Source of the DNA: Methanotrichaceae archaeon
Lineage (GTDB): Archaea; Halobacteriota; Methanosarcinia; Methanotrichales; Methanotrichaceae
Assembly: GCA_963754945.1 (NCBI GenBank)
Contig: CAVWIG010000017.1
Coordinates: 1 to 64,000, forward strand
DNA length: 64,000 nucleotides
Direction of reading: 5' to 3'
In this document: piece by piece, positions 23,413 through 34,449 of the stretch
How positions within the stretch are numbered: the first letter of the stretch is position 1
Layout of the letters: the number at the start of each line of letters is the position of its first letter
Translations under genes and position numbers: made by a program
The notes under the pieces: generated by a model
The model's database searches: none
What the model was told of the DNA's origin: nothing
Seen by the model: the letters and a program-made list of their open reading frames with translations, nothing else

Positions 23413-24940
23413 GTACTTGCTCAATATTACGTTGAATTCCCCAATCGAGTGAGTGCATGGACCAAAAATTATTAATACATATATCTAAAATATTTTGTTT
23501 GTGCCAGATATCATACACGAGGCCATAATCAACCTCGATGTAGACAAGATCAACTTCGACGATAAAGAAGCGATGAAAGAATTGATCCTCCAGCTTCTAA
23601 GCACAATAGAGCAATTAGCCCAGTCAAATCAAGAACTCCGCAAAGACAATCAACAGCTAAAGGATGAAATAAACCGGCTGAAAGGTGAGAAAGGCCGTCC
23701 TAAAATACTGCCGGACAATCCTGAATACCAGGCTAATGTGCCGAAGGAAAAACCCAAAAAATGGCATAAAGATAGCAAGAAACCAAAGATAAAAATCGAC
23801 AGGACAGAATACATTAAAATTGATAAATCGATTCTTCCACATGATGCCAAGCATAACGGCTATAGACGGGTCATAAAGCAGAACATAAAATTTGAAACCG
23901 ACAACGTGGAATATTGGTTGGAACGCTACTATTCGCCGTCCCTGAAAAAGACCTATGAAGCAGAACTTGCCGAGTCCCTTAAGAACACGGAATTTGGAAG
24001 TCATCTGAAAGCATTCATCGCTTACCTCTACTATGCTGGAAGGGTTACTGAGAATAGGATCCACAAGATCCTAGAAGAGATCGGCATAATAATCTCGGAA
24101 GGCGAGATCTCAAACATACTGACCAAGGAAAAGAGCAATGCATATGCGATAGAGAAGCAGGCCTTATTTGAAACTGGTGTGAATCGGGCTGATTATCTTA
24201 ACATTGATGAGACAGGCGCGAGGCATAAAGGCAATAACCATTATTTGCACGTTGTCTGCAACAAGTTCTTTAGTGCTTTCTTTATCAGGCAAACCAAAGG
24301 AAGTGATACAATCAGACATTTCTTTGGGCTAAATGATGAGGAGCAGATAGATTTACCCATTATCTCGGATGATGCCGGGCAGTACATAGATGTATCGTCA
24401 CACCATGCTCTGTGCTGGATACATGAAATACGACACTACAAAAAGATGAATCCTTTTCTAATTCATCATAAGTCGGTTCTTAATATGTTTTTAACTGAGT
24501 TTTGGAAGTTCTATGAATTGCTTACACAATATAAGGAGAATCCTAATAAAATTATGAGTAAGTATGTCCAGGAGAGGTTTGATTCGATATTCTCGACAGT
24601 AACTGGTTACGGGACGTTGGATGATCGCATTACAAAGACTAAGAAAAAGAAACAAGAGTTGTTGCTGGTGTTGGATTTTCCAAATGTTCCGCTTCATAAC
24701 AATCTCGCAGAGATAGCTGTGCGAGAAGGTGTGATCAAGAGAAAAATCAGTTATGGAACAAGAAGTGAACTCGGCAAGCTTGCATGGGAAAACATGCTCT
24801 CTATAATCGATACTTGCAGGAAGCTCGGAATAAGCTTTTACAAATATCTTTATGATATATTCTCAGATAGTTATTCTATGCCAAAGTTATCCGATCTCAT
24901 TCTCAGTGCTAGTAAAATCAACTGATTATTGAGCAAGTAC
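23413..24940 (+). mobile_element. IS66-family element (single-ORF, ISBst12-like) copy 1 (1528 bp; transposase 23495-24925)
   Basis: IR GTACTTGCTCAATA; 8-bp TSD CTTTTATT. Motifs IDETG, LCWIHEIR and LHNNLAEIAVR. Confidence 0.93.
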
Positions 24941-25343
24941 CTTTTATTAGCATCGCAAAGGGACCTTGCCCAATTTCGTCATTTAATTTCAATTGATATA
25001 AATATGCATTCCAACAATCGAGAGAATTGTTCTCCATTACTTCTCGGAACCCATTCCACACTTCTTCGGTGAAATCTTCTATCACTAAATTTAATAGGTC
25101 TTTCCAAATTTTGTCTATTATTTCGCTTAATGGACGTATCCCTGATCTAAAGTCGTTTTTATTAAATGCACGTGTTATATGGAACCAACACGTTTCATTA
25201 AAGTCACATTTAGCATCGAAATAAATCGAGGCTTCTTTTGCTATTATTTCGCGTATATCGTCATCGACTGTATATTTTTTATACACATTTTCACAATCGA
25301 ACTTTATTAAAAATCTCTCGATTTTATTAATCGGCAATTCTAG

Positions 25344-25622
25344 CCCACATTCCGCACTTCGAGTCACCAATTCATATTTTTGCAGCTATCGATTTAGTTA
25401 GTTTGATATAATTATTTAAATTTATTAAGAATTTTCAATTTTAGTATTTTGCATTCCGTTGATTTTTTAATCAGACATATGTTGTCAGAATTCCTTTGGC
25501 CGAAAATGTGAGGATGTTCAGCACTAAATATCGATAGATATAAATAATAAAAATTATAGTTATATTCAAAAATCGCTAGCAATGGAATTACTCGATTTGA
25601 AAGTCAAAGTGCGGAATGTGGG
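25344..25622. mobile_element. 279-bp MITE, probably IS1634-family derived
   Basis: 16-bp perfect TIR CCCACATTCCGCACTT / AAGTGCGGAATGTGGG; 6-bp TSD TTCTAG at 25338-25343 and 25623-25628; no transposase. Confidence 0.88.
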
Positions 25623-25875
25623 TTCTAGTATCGATTCCAGTGATTTATCAAGCGATTCTGAGGATTCGCAATCAAGCACTTTCTTTATATTCATTTCCCC
25701 GACCTTTAAAATGAACAGGCCAAATGGCAGGCCTATTTGGGCTCTTCTTTGGTTTCCTTTTGTTTTTCTGTCAGACTAAGAATATAATCCCTTTCGCTTT
25801 CTATCACCCTATCTGCTCCTCGTTTTCTGTAGGTGCCCATCTGTCTTTCCAGGGGAATCTACAAATCAGCCCAAA

Positions 25876-27447
25876 TCAAGCACGCCTGCTGAAGACCTTC
25901 TTCAACAGACCTCCTCCTCCGACCTTCTCTTTGGGTTTGGAGCTCTTCGAGGGTGGCTGTGGCTTTAGCCCTTTTCCCTTGATCGGTGACCTATCCTCTT
26001 TGGCAACAATCGTAGTGCTTGTTCCACCGTGTCTTGACTTTCTGGGCCTTACGCTAACCGTGACAGGTCGCTCGATCTCGTTACTTACGAGCATAGCTGT
26101 CCCCGGTGGAAGTCTCTTGATCTCTTCCTCCAGATCGGAGGTCATGCCCTCCAGGCCCTTGCTCAACGCCTTGAGGTCGTTGGGGTTGGTCACACGCATG
26201 ATGATCTGGGTGTTGCACTGAGAGATCACGTTCTTGTCAACTCGAGCGGGCCTTTGGCTGATCACCATCAGTCCCAGACCGAACTTCCTGCCCTCCGCAG
26301 CTATGGTCCTTATGATCCCAGTGCTCGCGGCATTGCCACTGCCTCGCTCAGGTATGTAGTTGTGAGCCTCTTCCACAACAACCATCCCCGGAGATATGAG
26401 CCTCCGTTTCCTGGCCTCGAAGATCTCCGACAGCATTTTCGCCACTATCATACCCTGCAGCTCGGGCTGGATGCCGGTCATGTCTATCACCGAGGCTCTC
26501 CCCGGCCTGAGCAGCTCCCCGATGGGCGTCGGAATCCCCGAGAACAGGCCAATCTCCATCAGAGACTCCAATTGGCTTACCAGGTTCCACTTGACCTTTG
26601 AGGTGCTCTTGACCACCTGTTCGATCACATCCTCCAGGGTGTAAACGTCAGTCTCAGCGGTTAGGAGGTTGATCGTCTCGTAAAGCAGCCCCACCATTCC
26701 GCTGCTGGCCTCATGGGGAATCATCTTGGCTATCTCACGGGCTGAGAGGTTGGTACTGTTGAACCTGAAGGGCCGGTCTGCCCTTGGGTTTACCGCCAGG
26801 GTTGTCGGCGTATAAACCGTGACGTCGTAGCCTCTTGGTTTGATCTTGTAACGGTTAAAATCACCCACTCTGTTCGGCTCCTTCATTGAGCTGTACTCGC
26901 CGTGGGGATCGATTACAAGCAAAGCCACTTTCCTCTCCAGCAGCTCCTCTAGGATGACTGCAGAGGTGTAGGATTTGCCGCTTCCAGTCTTGGCAAGGAT
27001 GCTGCAATGCTTCTGCACGAGGGTGTTGGCATCCAGCTCAACCCGTAGGTCGTAGCCCTTGAGCAAGCCTATGTACATGTCTCCCTTGGAAAGACCTAGA
27101 CTTGCCTTAATCAGCTTCTCGTCGGCAAAGAAGACCTGCTCGCCAGGACGCGCCGGACTGGTTGGCATGTGAAGCCTGCCCTCAATGCCTACTCCGATGA
27201 CCCTCGCCTCAGCCACCATCGTCTCATGGGCCTCGTGGTCTCTGGCAGAACCGTTTTGCTGGTTCAGGTTGAAGGCGGTATTGGACCTTTTGACGTCCTC
27301 TACCTGGGCCAGAATCCATTCCCTGCCCTCCGCCTTGGCTTTGATGTAAGCCCCACGTCCTACATCTTTTTCTATAAGAAACTTGAAGGAGATTGGGTTG
27401 GTTTCTCCCGCAATGGTCCCAATAGCCCCCTTAATTACAGACTTCAA
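25876..27447 (-). CDS. herA: HerA-family (DUF87) ATPase/helicase
   Basis: N-terminal HAS barrel; HCSILAKTGSGKS; IDPHGEY; VVEEAHNY; EGRKFG; SQRP. Confidence 0.85.
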   Translation of the reverse strand: MKSVIKGAIGTIAGETNPISFKFLIEKDVGRGAYIKAKAEGREWILAQVEDVKRSNTAFNLNQQNGSARDHEAHETMVAEARVIGVGIEGRLHMPTSPARPGEQVFFADEKLIKASLGLSKGDMYIGLLKGYDLRVELDANTLVQKHCSILAKTGSGKSYTSAVILEELLERKVALLVIDPHGEYSSMKEPNRVGDFNRYKIKPRGYDVTVYTPTTLAVNPRADRPFRFNSTNLSAREIAKMIPHEASSGMVGLLYETINLLTAETDVYTLEDVIEQVVKSTSKVKWNLVSQLESLMEIGLFSGIPTPIGELLRPGRASVIDMTGIQPELQGMIVAKMLSEIFEARKRRLISPGMVVVEEAHNYIPERGSGNAASTGIIRTIAAEGRKFGLGLMVISQRPARVDKNVISQCNTQIIMRVTNPNDLKALSKGLEGMTSDLEEEIKRLPPGTAMLVSNEIERPVTVSVRPRKSRHGGTSTTIVAKEDRSPIKGKGLKPQPPSKSSKPKEKVGGGGLLKKVFSRRA

Positions 27448-27878
27448 AGATCGTCACCGCTACATCCCAACATTCGAGTTTCACCCTTCACCTCAAAACA
27501 GTCCTAATCCCTTTTATTTCTTCCTAATGGTAATATACGTCAATACATTATATTTCTCTCATATCCATCTTTTGGTTTACGGCATCTGTATTTATAATAT
27601 GTGCAAAGATGTATAAAAAGATTAGGCATAATCCTGTGGCAAATTTGCAATTTAGACCTGACACCTACTCACCCATTGTTCCCTAGAATCCCATTGCACT
27701 TATCCCATTGCATTTATCCCCCTGCATTGACCGACTCTATGAGCTAAAATGAACTTGATTATGAAGGGTTTTATCGTAATGCTCCGGGTTTGTCACTTTT
27801 TGGCCATAGGCATAAACGAGCCTGAAGAGATCCAAAAGTAGAAATTGGAGCATTGCTATCTAGTAATGAGGTATTTCG

Positions 27879-28541
27879 ATGAAGATAATAGGCATAAGTG
27901 CCAGTCCCAGAGGCTCAAAGAGCCAGACTCTGAAGCTTGTCCAGGCCGCTCTGGATGGGGCGAAGTCCGCGGGCGCACAGACAGAGTTGGTAGATGTCTG
28001 CAATCTCAAGATAGAGTTCTGCAACGCCTGTCAGGTCTGCTTCAAGACCGGAGCATGCAGCAAGAAAGACGACTTCCAGGGTCTGTACGATAGGATGCTC
28101 TCAAGCGACGGAATGATCTGGGGGTCCCCCAATTACTTCCGCAGCGTCACTGCCCAGATGAAGACCCTGATAGACCGCATGGCCGATGCAGTTCACTGCC
28201 AGCTCTTCACAGGAAAGTACTGCTGTAGTGTGGCCTCAGCAGGCCATGGGCACGAGCAGGTCACAGACTATCTCAACGGCATTATGATTAACTTCGGAGC
28301 TTTTGTAACCGGAAGCACCGGTGCTTCTATGTCCGAAGGCCCACAGGCGATGGAGGAAGCTGAGAAGAAGGCCTTCCAGATCGGCAAATCCCTGGCTGAG
28401 GACATAAAGGGGAAGAGGGACTACATCAGCCAGAGAGAGATGCAGGAAGAGAACCGCCAGTACTTCATGAACCTTGTGAAGAGGAACAAGGCTGAATGGG
28501 AGCACGAGTACGAGTACTGGAACAAGCTCAATTGGAAATAG
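27879..28541 (+). CDS. Iron-sulfur flavoprotein (Isf-like)
   Basis: SASPRG, CNACQVC...C, GSPNYF and QMKTLIDR. Confidence 0.9.
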   Translation: MKIIGISASPRGSKSQTLKLVQAALDGAKSAGAQTELVDVCNLKIEFCNACQVCFKTGACSKKDDFQGLYDRMLSSDGMIWGSPNYFRSVTAQMKTLIDRMADAVHCQLFTGKYCCSVASAGHGHEQVTDYLNGIMINFGAFVTGSTGASMSEGPQAMEEAEKKAFQIGKSLAEDIKGKRDYISQREMQEENRQYFMNLVKRNKAEWEHEYEYWNKLNWK

Positions 28542-28566
28542 ATTTTGAGAATTTGTTCAGTAGGAG

Positions 28567-28590
28567 AGGCCCGATCCCTATATCGGGCCT
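28567..28590. terminator. Hairpin between convergent genes
   Basis: AGGCCCGAT-N6-ATCGGGCCT. Confidence 0.5.
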
Positions 28591-28606
28591 TTCCATCCTT
28601 TTACAG

Positions 28607-29173
28607 TCAAATCCCTCTTCCTATCGAAAACGCCTTTCCTATGTTTTTTCCAAGACCATGGTAGCTCCGGCTTTCCGGAGCAAATATAATCGGCCTGACC
28701 TTTTCGATCATCGGCAGCACGTCGTCTCCAAGAACGTCTCCTTCAGCCTTTACATCCAAGATCTCCCCGATGAACTGAGTGTGTAGGCCAATCTCAACAG
28801 TATCGAGCAGCTTGCACTCCAGAACCAGAGGAAACTCTTTGACGTAAGGCGCATCAACAAGCTCGCTCTTGACAGGAGTCAGTCCTGCTCTAGAAAGCTT
28901 GTCAACATCCTTGCCTGACACAATCCCAAAATAATCCACCTGCTTAATATAATCCTCGGAGGGAACATTGACGGTGAACGCCTTATGTTCCATGATATTT
29001 CCATATGTATAAGTGGCCTTTCGCAGGGAGACTCCAACGCACGGAGGTGCAGAGCAGCATATCCCTGCCCAGGCCGCAGTCATTACGTTGGCTTTTCCAT
29101 CTTTACCGTAAGTCCCAATCACGAGAACAGGTGTGGGATGGATTATGGTTTTAGCGCCTAAAGATTTCTTCAT
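28607..29173 (-). CDS. Flavin reductase family protein (flavoredoxin)
   Basis: [31 protein letters not shown] and HTQFIGEI. Confidence 0.9.
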   Translation of the reverse strand: MKKSLGAKTIIHPTPVLVIGTYGKDGKANVMTAAWAGICCSAPPCVGVSLRKATYTYGNIMEHKAFTVNVPSEDYIKQVDYFGIVSGKDVDKLSRAGLTPVKSELVDAPYVKEFPLVLECKLLDTVEIGLHTQFIGEILDVKAEGDVLGDDVLPMIEKVRPIIFAPESRSYHGLGKNIGKAFSIGRGI

Positions 29174-29223
29174 GGTTCCCCATCTCATTTCTTAATTGTT
29201 CACGTGGACATATACGCTCTAAA

Positions 29224-29961
29224 TTAAAATAATTTACTAACCGGTATGCTGTACATTACCTGCCAGCCACCATTCTGAATTTGTATCTTGAATCCAGCGA
29301 ATCCTCGATCTATCAGCATCTTCTGGGCGTCGGTGTCCGTGCTTTCAATCCCGACGACCTCCGGCCCAGGTACAAACGTGCGAAAGCTATTTTTGTACAT
29401 TAAGCACCTCAGACGATCTCCGTACTTGACCTTCAAGCCCTTAATCACAAATCCGTTGGCAAAGTGGTTCTGGATGCTGATGGCGTTCTTAGGTGATACT
29501 GTTGAACAGACGTGGCGATAACCCATCTCTCGAAGGACCTCTTGGTGAGCCTTTGCCAATCTCCTCTGGAGCTGGTTGCCTCGATAGTCCGGATGGACAA
29601 CCACTGCCTTGAGATGTGCGACCTTTTCCAGCTCCTCTGGGGCTAGACCTATGTCGGCCCCGAAGTTGTCGCCCTCCTTACCGGGAAAACTTACGACGTT
29701 GTAGGCTATCAAGCCGTCGTCAGTGATGACTCCGATAACCGATCTCTGTCGTGCTAGTAGATCCCTGAACTCTTCTGGAGTTGTTAGCCTGAAGATCTCC
29801 TTGTCCGGGAGGGCTTGGGCCATGATCTCCTGCAGCTTTACCACGTCGTCGATGCTGCTTATGTCCAGGAACTTCATCTGATAGCCTACCTCTTCGCGAG
29901 GCTGCACCATCTTTCTTCTCGCTATCATTCCAATCGCTATCATCTGTCTATTATTGTTCAT
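29224..29961 (-). CDS. GNAT-family acetyltransferase
   Basis: VVVHPDYRGNQLQRRL...TVSPKN. The start may be nearer 29877. Confidence 0.8.
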   Translation of the reverse strand: MNNNRQMIAIGMIARRKMVQPREEVGYQMKFLDISSIDDVVKLQEIMAQALPDKEIFRLTTPEEFRDLLARQRSVIGVITDDGLIAYNVVSFPGKEGDNFGADIGLAPEELEKVAHLKAVVVHPDYRGNQLQRRLAKAHQEVLREMGYRHVCSTVSPKNAISIQNHFANGFVIKGLKVKYGDRLRCLMYKNSFRTFVPGPEVVGIESTDTDAQKMLIDRGFAGFKIQIQNGGWQVMYSIPVSKLF

Positions 29962-30043
29962 CGGTCGGGCATATTTTATGAGCCGAACAATTTATTCAAG
30001 TTCCATGTCACATTGAAGCCTGTCTCGCTGAAGACTTTTCAAT

Positions 30044-30789
30044 CTAAATTCGATGTACTGGTTTCCTTCCTACCATCAATGCTATGCACAGGTATTGCCA
30101 TAGAACGTTGACTCCTTCGAACCCTGCACTCCTCCACCAATTCTCTTTCTGGCATTTACTGCTGTAATAGTGGATCTCCTTATGCTCCCTTAGCGCTGCC
30201 ACGAAAGTGGACATCCCTGGGTCCAGCTCCTTTCGTCTCTCTTCCATCTGCTCGTTAAACCACTCCAGCATGTCGCTGTCTTTCTCCTGGTACCCCTCCA
30301 CAGCGATGAGCCAGCCGCCTGGGACCAAGAGGTTGTAGCACTCTTCCAGTACGGCCCTATACTTGTCAAAGGGCAGGTGTTCCAGGACAAAAGCGTGGAG
30401 ACAATGGCGTCATATTCCCTTGAGCCGAGATCATTGCTCCAGTTGCTACCGGACAGATCCGCAACTTTGTGTCCAGCTATAGCTGAGGGAAATCTTGAGC
30501 TTATCTTTTCCAGGGCGATGTCCACCATCTTGCAGGAACCATCGACCAGGAATATCTTAGCTGGAACCTTATCCAGGACTGTCATGGAAGCATTGCCGGT
30601 CCCGCACCCCAGATCTAAGATCCTGGGACTTGATCCAGTCTGGCTGAGATACCTGGAACAGGACAAGGCCACCATATCCAGCATCTCCTGGTAATGGGGA
30701 ACTACCGCAGATTGGTAGACGTCGTAGTCACCGGAGTGATCACTGTAGCAAGAGACTGTTGAATCATCGACCATTTTGTTCCTCTGCAT
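30044..30789 (-). CDS. Class I SAM-dependent methyltransferase (frameshift near 30390)
   Basis: ILDLGCGTG. YDAIVSTL-VLEH...LVPGGWL is restored across the TTTT run. Confidence 0.8.
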
Positions 30790-30845
30790 CGATATCTCAT
30801 AGATACCAACGAAACGTATCTCTCAACTTTCATGGTTGGGTACAA

Positions 30846-32999
30846 TTATTCTCTGTTGTTGTCTGACATTTCCAAATGGCTTGAATACTTCATCTGGGCA
30901 ACGACCTTTTCAGCTATCTTCGGGCCAAGGATTTGGCCTAATTCTGCTGGATCGGCTGCCCTGAGCTTGTCCAGGCTTGTGTAACCGGCCAGGTAGAGCT
31001 TTCTAGCTCTGACCCTTCCGATCCCTTTCAGCTCCACCAGAGTGAGGAGGTCTGGTCCAGCTCCGTAGTGAATCCTCTCGCCGAGCTGCTCTGCCTTGAA
31101 AGTTACTCCCAGGTCCAGGTGCTTGGAAAGCTCAGCGAGGGAGTGCATAAGCCATTCTGCAGTCTCCACGGACCTGCGAATGTCTCCCGGTCCGATATGG
31201 TACCTGTCGCTGATGTACTCCTCTTTGGCCTCGCTTATCCAGTCTATCAGCATGGCCGTAGTCTTGGCTTCCTTCAGGAGCCAATCGTAGTTTTCCTCGT
31301 TGTTTAGTTCATCCTGATGTACGTCTATGAACTCCTCGACCCAACCGTCAGCGGCCTGGATGTAAAGGAGTTCCATGTCCGGAGTCATGGTGATGAGGTG
31401 AAGGAGAGCGAGGTCGGATATCTTTTTCTTTTCTTTACTCGCATCATCTTTGTCACCTTTATCACTTTTAAGGTGCTCAACCATTGTCACTGCGCTTAGA
31501 GGATCGATGTACAACCTGGAGACAAGCGAACCGAGAGGTGTGGGCTTGAGTTCAACCCCTGCTCCCTCCTCTATCATACCGTTTTCAACGAGAAAGTCCA
31601 GAACCCTCTCCAAGGTAGCGTCCATGTGCCAGGGCTCCTGCTGGTGGGCGTAGAAAGTTGTGGCGATGAACTCTTTCATCCCTTCCACCGTGGTGGTAAA
31701 CTTGGCAGTGATGGTGGCAAGCAAGTGGGTCCGCAGTGCGCTCTCGCTGGCCAGCTTGGACCAGATCTCTTCCGGCGTGCCGAGGACATAATGCTCCATC
31801 AGCTCATGGAGCTCGGATTGGTTCTTGGCCACGAGGAATGATTCACCGTAGGGGTCGAGCCCCGGTCTTCCCGCCCGGCCGGCCATCTGGCGGTATTCAA
31901 TGACAGGTATGGGAACCATTCCCCGTCCGGACTCGTAGCGCTTGTAGCTCCTGATCAGGACTCTGCGAGCCGGAAGATTCAAGCCCGCCGCCAGGGTAGG
32001 GGTGCTTGCTATGATCTTTATCCTGTTAGATCGGAATCCCGCCTCCACGAGCTTCCTCTGCTCCGGAAGGAGACCTGCGTGGTGGAAGGCCACTCCTCTG
32101 GAGACGCACTGGGCAAGGCGACGGCAGGTCTCAGACTCGCCAGTGGCCAGAACGCTCTCTTCGAGCTTTGACAGCTCAGGTTCGTTTGAGCCGACATCAC
32201 TGCTCAGCTTAGCTGCTGTGGCCTCGGCGTTCCTTCTGCTACTCTCGAAGATAAGGATCTGGGCGTTCTGAGAGAGGGTGTCCTTCACCAGGGCCAGAGC
32301 TTCGTCTTTGCCGCCAGACAGAGTCCCTTCTCTGTCTGGGAAGACCAGCTTTCCGTTGCAGATGACTCCCTCTCTGAGGCTTATTGGCCGCCACTCGCTC
32401 GTAACAAGCTCGGCATCGAGCCAATCCGCCAGTTCTGGACCATTGGCCACTGTGGCGGAAAGACCTATGATCTGCATACCAGGGTTTAGCTTACGCAGCT
32501 TGGTGATAGTCATCTCCAGAGTGGGGCCACGGTTTGGGTCGTTGAGAAGGTGGATCTCGTCCACGACCAGAACTGAGATGTCGCCAATCCAAGAAGCTCC
32601 GTTCCTCATAAGCGAGTCTGCCTTCTCCGAGGTGGCGATGATGATCTGGTTCTTTCCAAGGCGCTCGTCCTTTCGATCGAAATCGCCGGTGCTGATGCCA
32701 ACGCTTATGCCAAGGTCTTTGAAACGCCGGAACGTATCGTACTTCTCTGCGGCCAGAGCCCTAAGAGGAACGATGTACAGAGACCTCTTACCCTCGAAAG
32801 CAGCCTTGAGCATTGCAAGCTCTGCAAGGAGGGTCTTTCCCGCAGCAGTTGGAATGGACAGGAGCATATTACTGCCGTCAAGGAGCCCCCGCTCCACCGC
32901 CTCGGCCTGCGGGGGGTAAAGCTCCTTTATGCCCCTTTCCTGGTACTGTCTTATCACATCTTGGGGAAGCCAGAGCGCAAGATCGTCAGTTGTGAGCAT
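30846..32999 (-). CDS. hel308: Ski2-like ATP-dependent DNA helicase Hel308
   Basis: PTAAGKT, VDEIH, LSAT, FHHAGL, TPTLAAGLNLPA, QMAGRAGR and C-terminal GIGRVRAR. Confidence 0.95.
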   Translation of the reverse strand: MLTTDDLALWLPQDVIRQYQERGIKELYPPQAEAVERGLLDGSNMLLSIPTAAGKTLLAELAMLKAAFEGKRSLYIVPLRALAAEKYDTFRRFKDLGISVGISTGDFDRKDERLGKNQIIIATSEKADSLMRNGASWIGDISVLVVDEIHLLNDPNRGPTLEMTITKLRKLNPGMQIIGLSATVANGPELADWLDAELVTSEWRPISLREGVICNGKLVFPDREGTLSGGKDEALALVKDTLSQNAQILIFESSRRNAEATAAKLSSDVGSNEPELSKLEESVLATGESETCRRLAQCVSRGVAFHHAGLLPEQRKLVEAGFRSNRIKIIASTPTLAAGLNLPARRVLIRSYKRYESGRGMVPIPVIEYRQMAGRAGRPGLDPYGESFLVAKNQSELHELMEHYVLGTPEEIWSKLASESALRTHLLATITAKFTTTVEGMKEFIATTFYAHQQEPWHMDATLERVLDFLVENGMIEEGAGVELKPTPLGSLVSRLYIDPLSAVTMVEHLKSDKGDKDDASKEKKKISDLALLHLITMTPDMELLYIQAADGWVEEFIDVHQDELNNEENYDWLLKEAKTTAMLIDWISEAKEEYISDRYHIGPGDIRRSVETAEWLMHSLAELSKHLDLGVTFKAEQLGERIHYGAGPDLLTLVELKGIGRVRARKLYLAGYTSLDKLRAADPAELGQILGPKIAEKVVAQMKYSSHLEMSDNNRE

Positions 33000-33111
33000 A
33001 TCCCTCTAATCTTAAATAGTACGTAACAGTACTAGCTCGCAGATAATAAATATACCAGCCGGAAAGTGAATCTAATCGTTGTCTCACCTGAGCACCTTTG
33101 GAGAGAGCTAA

Positions 33112-34275
33112 ATGTATGCTGATAGGATAAAATATCTCCCACCCTATTTGTTTGCAGCCATAGACAAGGCCAAGCAGGATGCACTGGCCAAAGGAGTGGA
33201 CGTCATCGACTTGAGCGTTGGCGATCCCGATCTTCCAACGCCGTCCCACATCGTAGAGGCCATGAGGGAGGCAGTCAAAAACCCTGAGAACCACCAGTAT
33301 CCATCTTACGCAGGAAAGCTTTCCTTCAGGACTGCCGTTGCCGACTGGTACAGCCGGACTTTCGGCGTAAGGTTGGATCCCGAAAAAGAGGTGCTCGCCC
33401 TGATCGGCTCGAAGGAGGGCATAGCCCATGCCCCTCTGGCATTTATAAACCCGGGAGATACGGCCCTGGTGCCCGACCCGGCTTACCCCGTTTACAGAAC
33501 TGCAGTGAGCTTCGCGGGAGGCACGCCTGTGATTATGCCGCTGACAAGGGAGAACGAGTTCCTTCCCGATCTCGAAGCCATTGACCCGGGTGTCGCAGCT
33601 AAAGCGAAGATCATATTCTTGAACTACCCGAACAACCCGACAGCAGCCTCGGCCGGCAGGGCCTTCTTCCAGGAGCTGGTGGACTTTGCTCATGAGCACG
33701 ACCTGATAGTGATGCACGACAACCCATACTCAGAGGTGTGTTACGGTGGCCAGAGATCCATGAGCATTCTGGAGATCGAGGGCGCGAGGGAAGTGGCTGT
33801 GGAGTTCCACTCACTGTCCAAGACCTACAACATGACAGGCTGGAGGGTTGGAGCAGTCGTAGGAAACGCTGAGATCGTGGCCGGGATAGGCAAGATCAAG
33901 AGCAATGTGGACTCCGGAAACTTCGGCGCAGTCCAGGATGCGGGCATTACTGCTCTCAAAAGCCCAAAGAAGATCGTTGAGGATATATGCCGAGTGTACC
34001 AGCACAGGATCGAGCTACTGTACAACTGCCTTTCCGGCATCGGCTTTGAGCTTGAGAAGCCTAGGGCTACACTTTATTTGTGGGCTTGGGTGGGAGGAGA
34101 CTCCGTGGCCTTCTGCCAACGTCTGCTGGAAGAGACGGGCATCGTAGCCACCCCGGGAGTTGGGTTCGGCCAGTACGGCGAGGGTTACATAAGGTTCTCT
34201 ATCACTCAGCCCACTGAAAGGGTTGAGCTGGCTGTGGTGCGGTTAGAGAGGAAGGGCAAGATCAAGCCTTTGTAG
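33112..34275 (+). CDS. dapL: LL-diaminopimelate aminotransferase
   Basis: LPPYLFA, IGSKEGIAH, LNYPNNPT and SLSKTYNMTGWR. Confidence 0.85.
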   Translation: MYADRIKYLPPYLFAAIDKAKQDALAKGVDVIDLSVGDPDLPTPSHIVEAMREAVKNPENHQYPSYAGKLSFRTAVADWYSRTFGVRLDPEKEVLALIGSKEGIAHAPLAFINPGDTALVPDPAYPVYRTAVSFAGGTPVIMPLTRENEFLPDLEAIDPGVAAKAKIIFLNYPNNPTAASAGRAFFQELVDFAHEHDLIVMHDNPYSEVCYGGQRSMSILEIEGAREVAVEFHSLSKTYNMTGWRVGAVVGNAEIVAGIGKIKSNVDSGNFGAVQDAGITALKSPKKIVEDICRVYQHRIELLYNCLSGIGFELEKPRATLYLWAWVGGDSVAFCQRLLEETGIVATPGVGFGQYGEGYIRFSITQPTERVELAVVRLERKGKIKPL

Positions 34276-34449
34276 TAGTTTAGGCCTAAGACTAAGACGA
34301 AGGCCGCTCTCGACAAAAAACATGGCCGAAATCCCCCACCAATCTCGCCGAGCCTGCATTAGAACAATTACAAATATATGAGATGTGCCCAGTAATATAT
34401 GAATAATATAAATAAATAGTATTAATTTCGTGATTTCGGAGGAAGAAAG

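Larger units (their letters stand above)
23064..25694 (-). pseudogene. AT-rich hypothetical gene disrupted twice (IS66 and a MITE)
   Basis: Removing both inserts gives a continuous frame MNIKKVLDCESSES...ESILE|LPINKIE...CWFHITR...GPFAMLIK|ELAF...DYIDLPEIVRDIC...FDGKGK. Confidence 0.85.

Noticed and set aside
25876-27447. HerA as part of a defence system (e.g. Sir2-HerA)
   Set aside because: No partner gene is adjacent. Host-like composition and a HAS barrel fit the housekeeping archaeal HerA family.
27671-27730. Short repeats CCCATTG(CA.TTAT) x3-4
   Set aside because: Too short and irregular, with no spacers. At most a regulatory site or slippage product.
30380-30400. Methyltransferase frameshift (also Fic near 12189 and MNT near 43638)
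   Set aside because: Short homopolymer indels consistent with sequencing error.
32986-33717. Long antisense ORFs (also 34537-35382, 32278-32919, 61665-62312)
   Set aside because: Shadow frames opposite well-supported GC3-rich genes.
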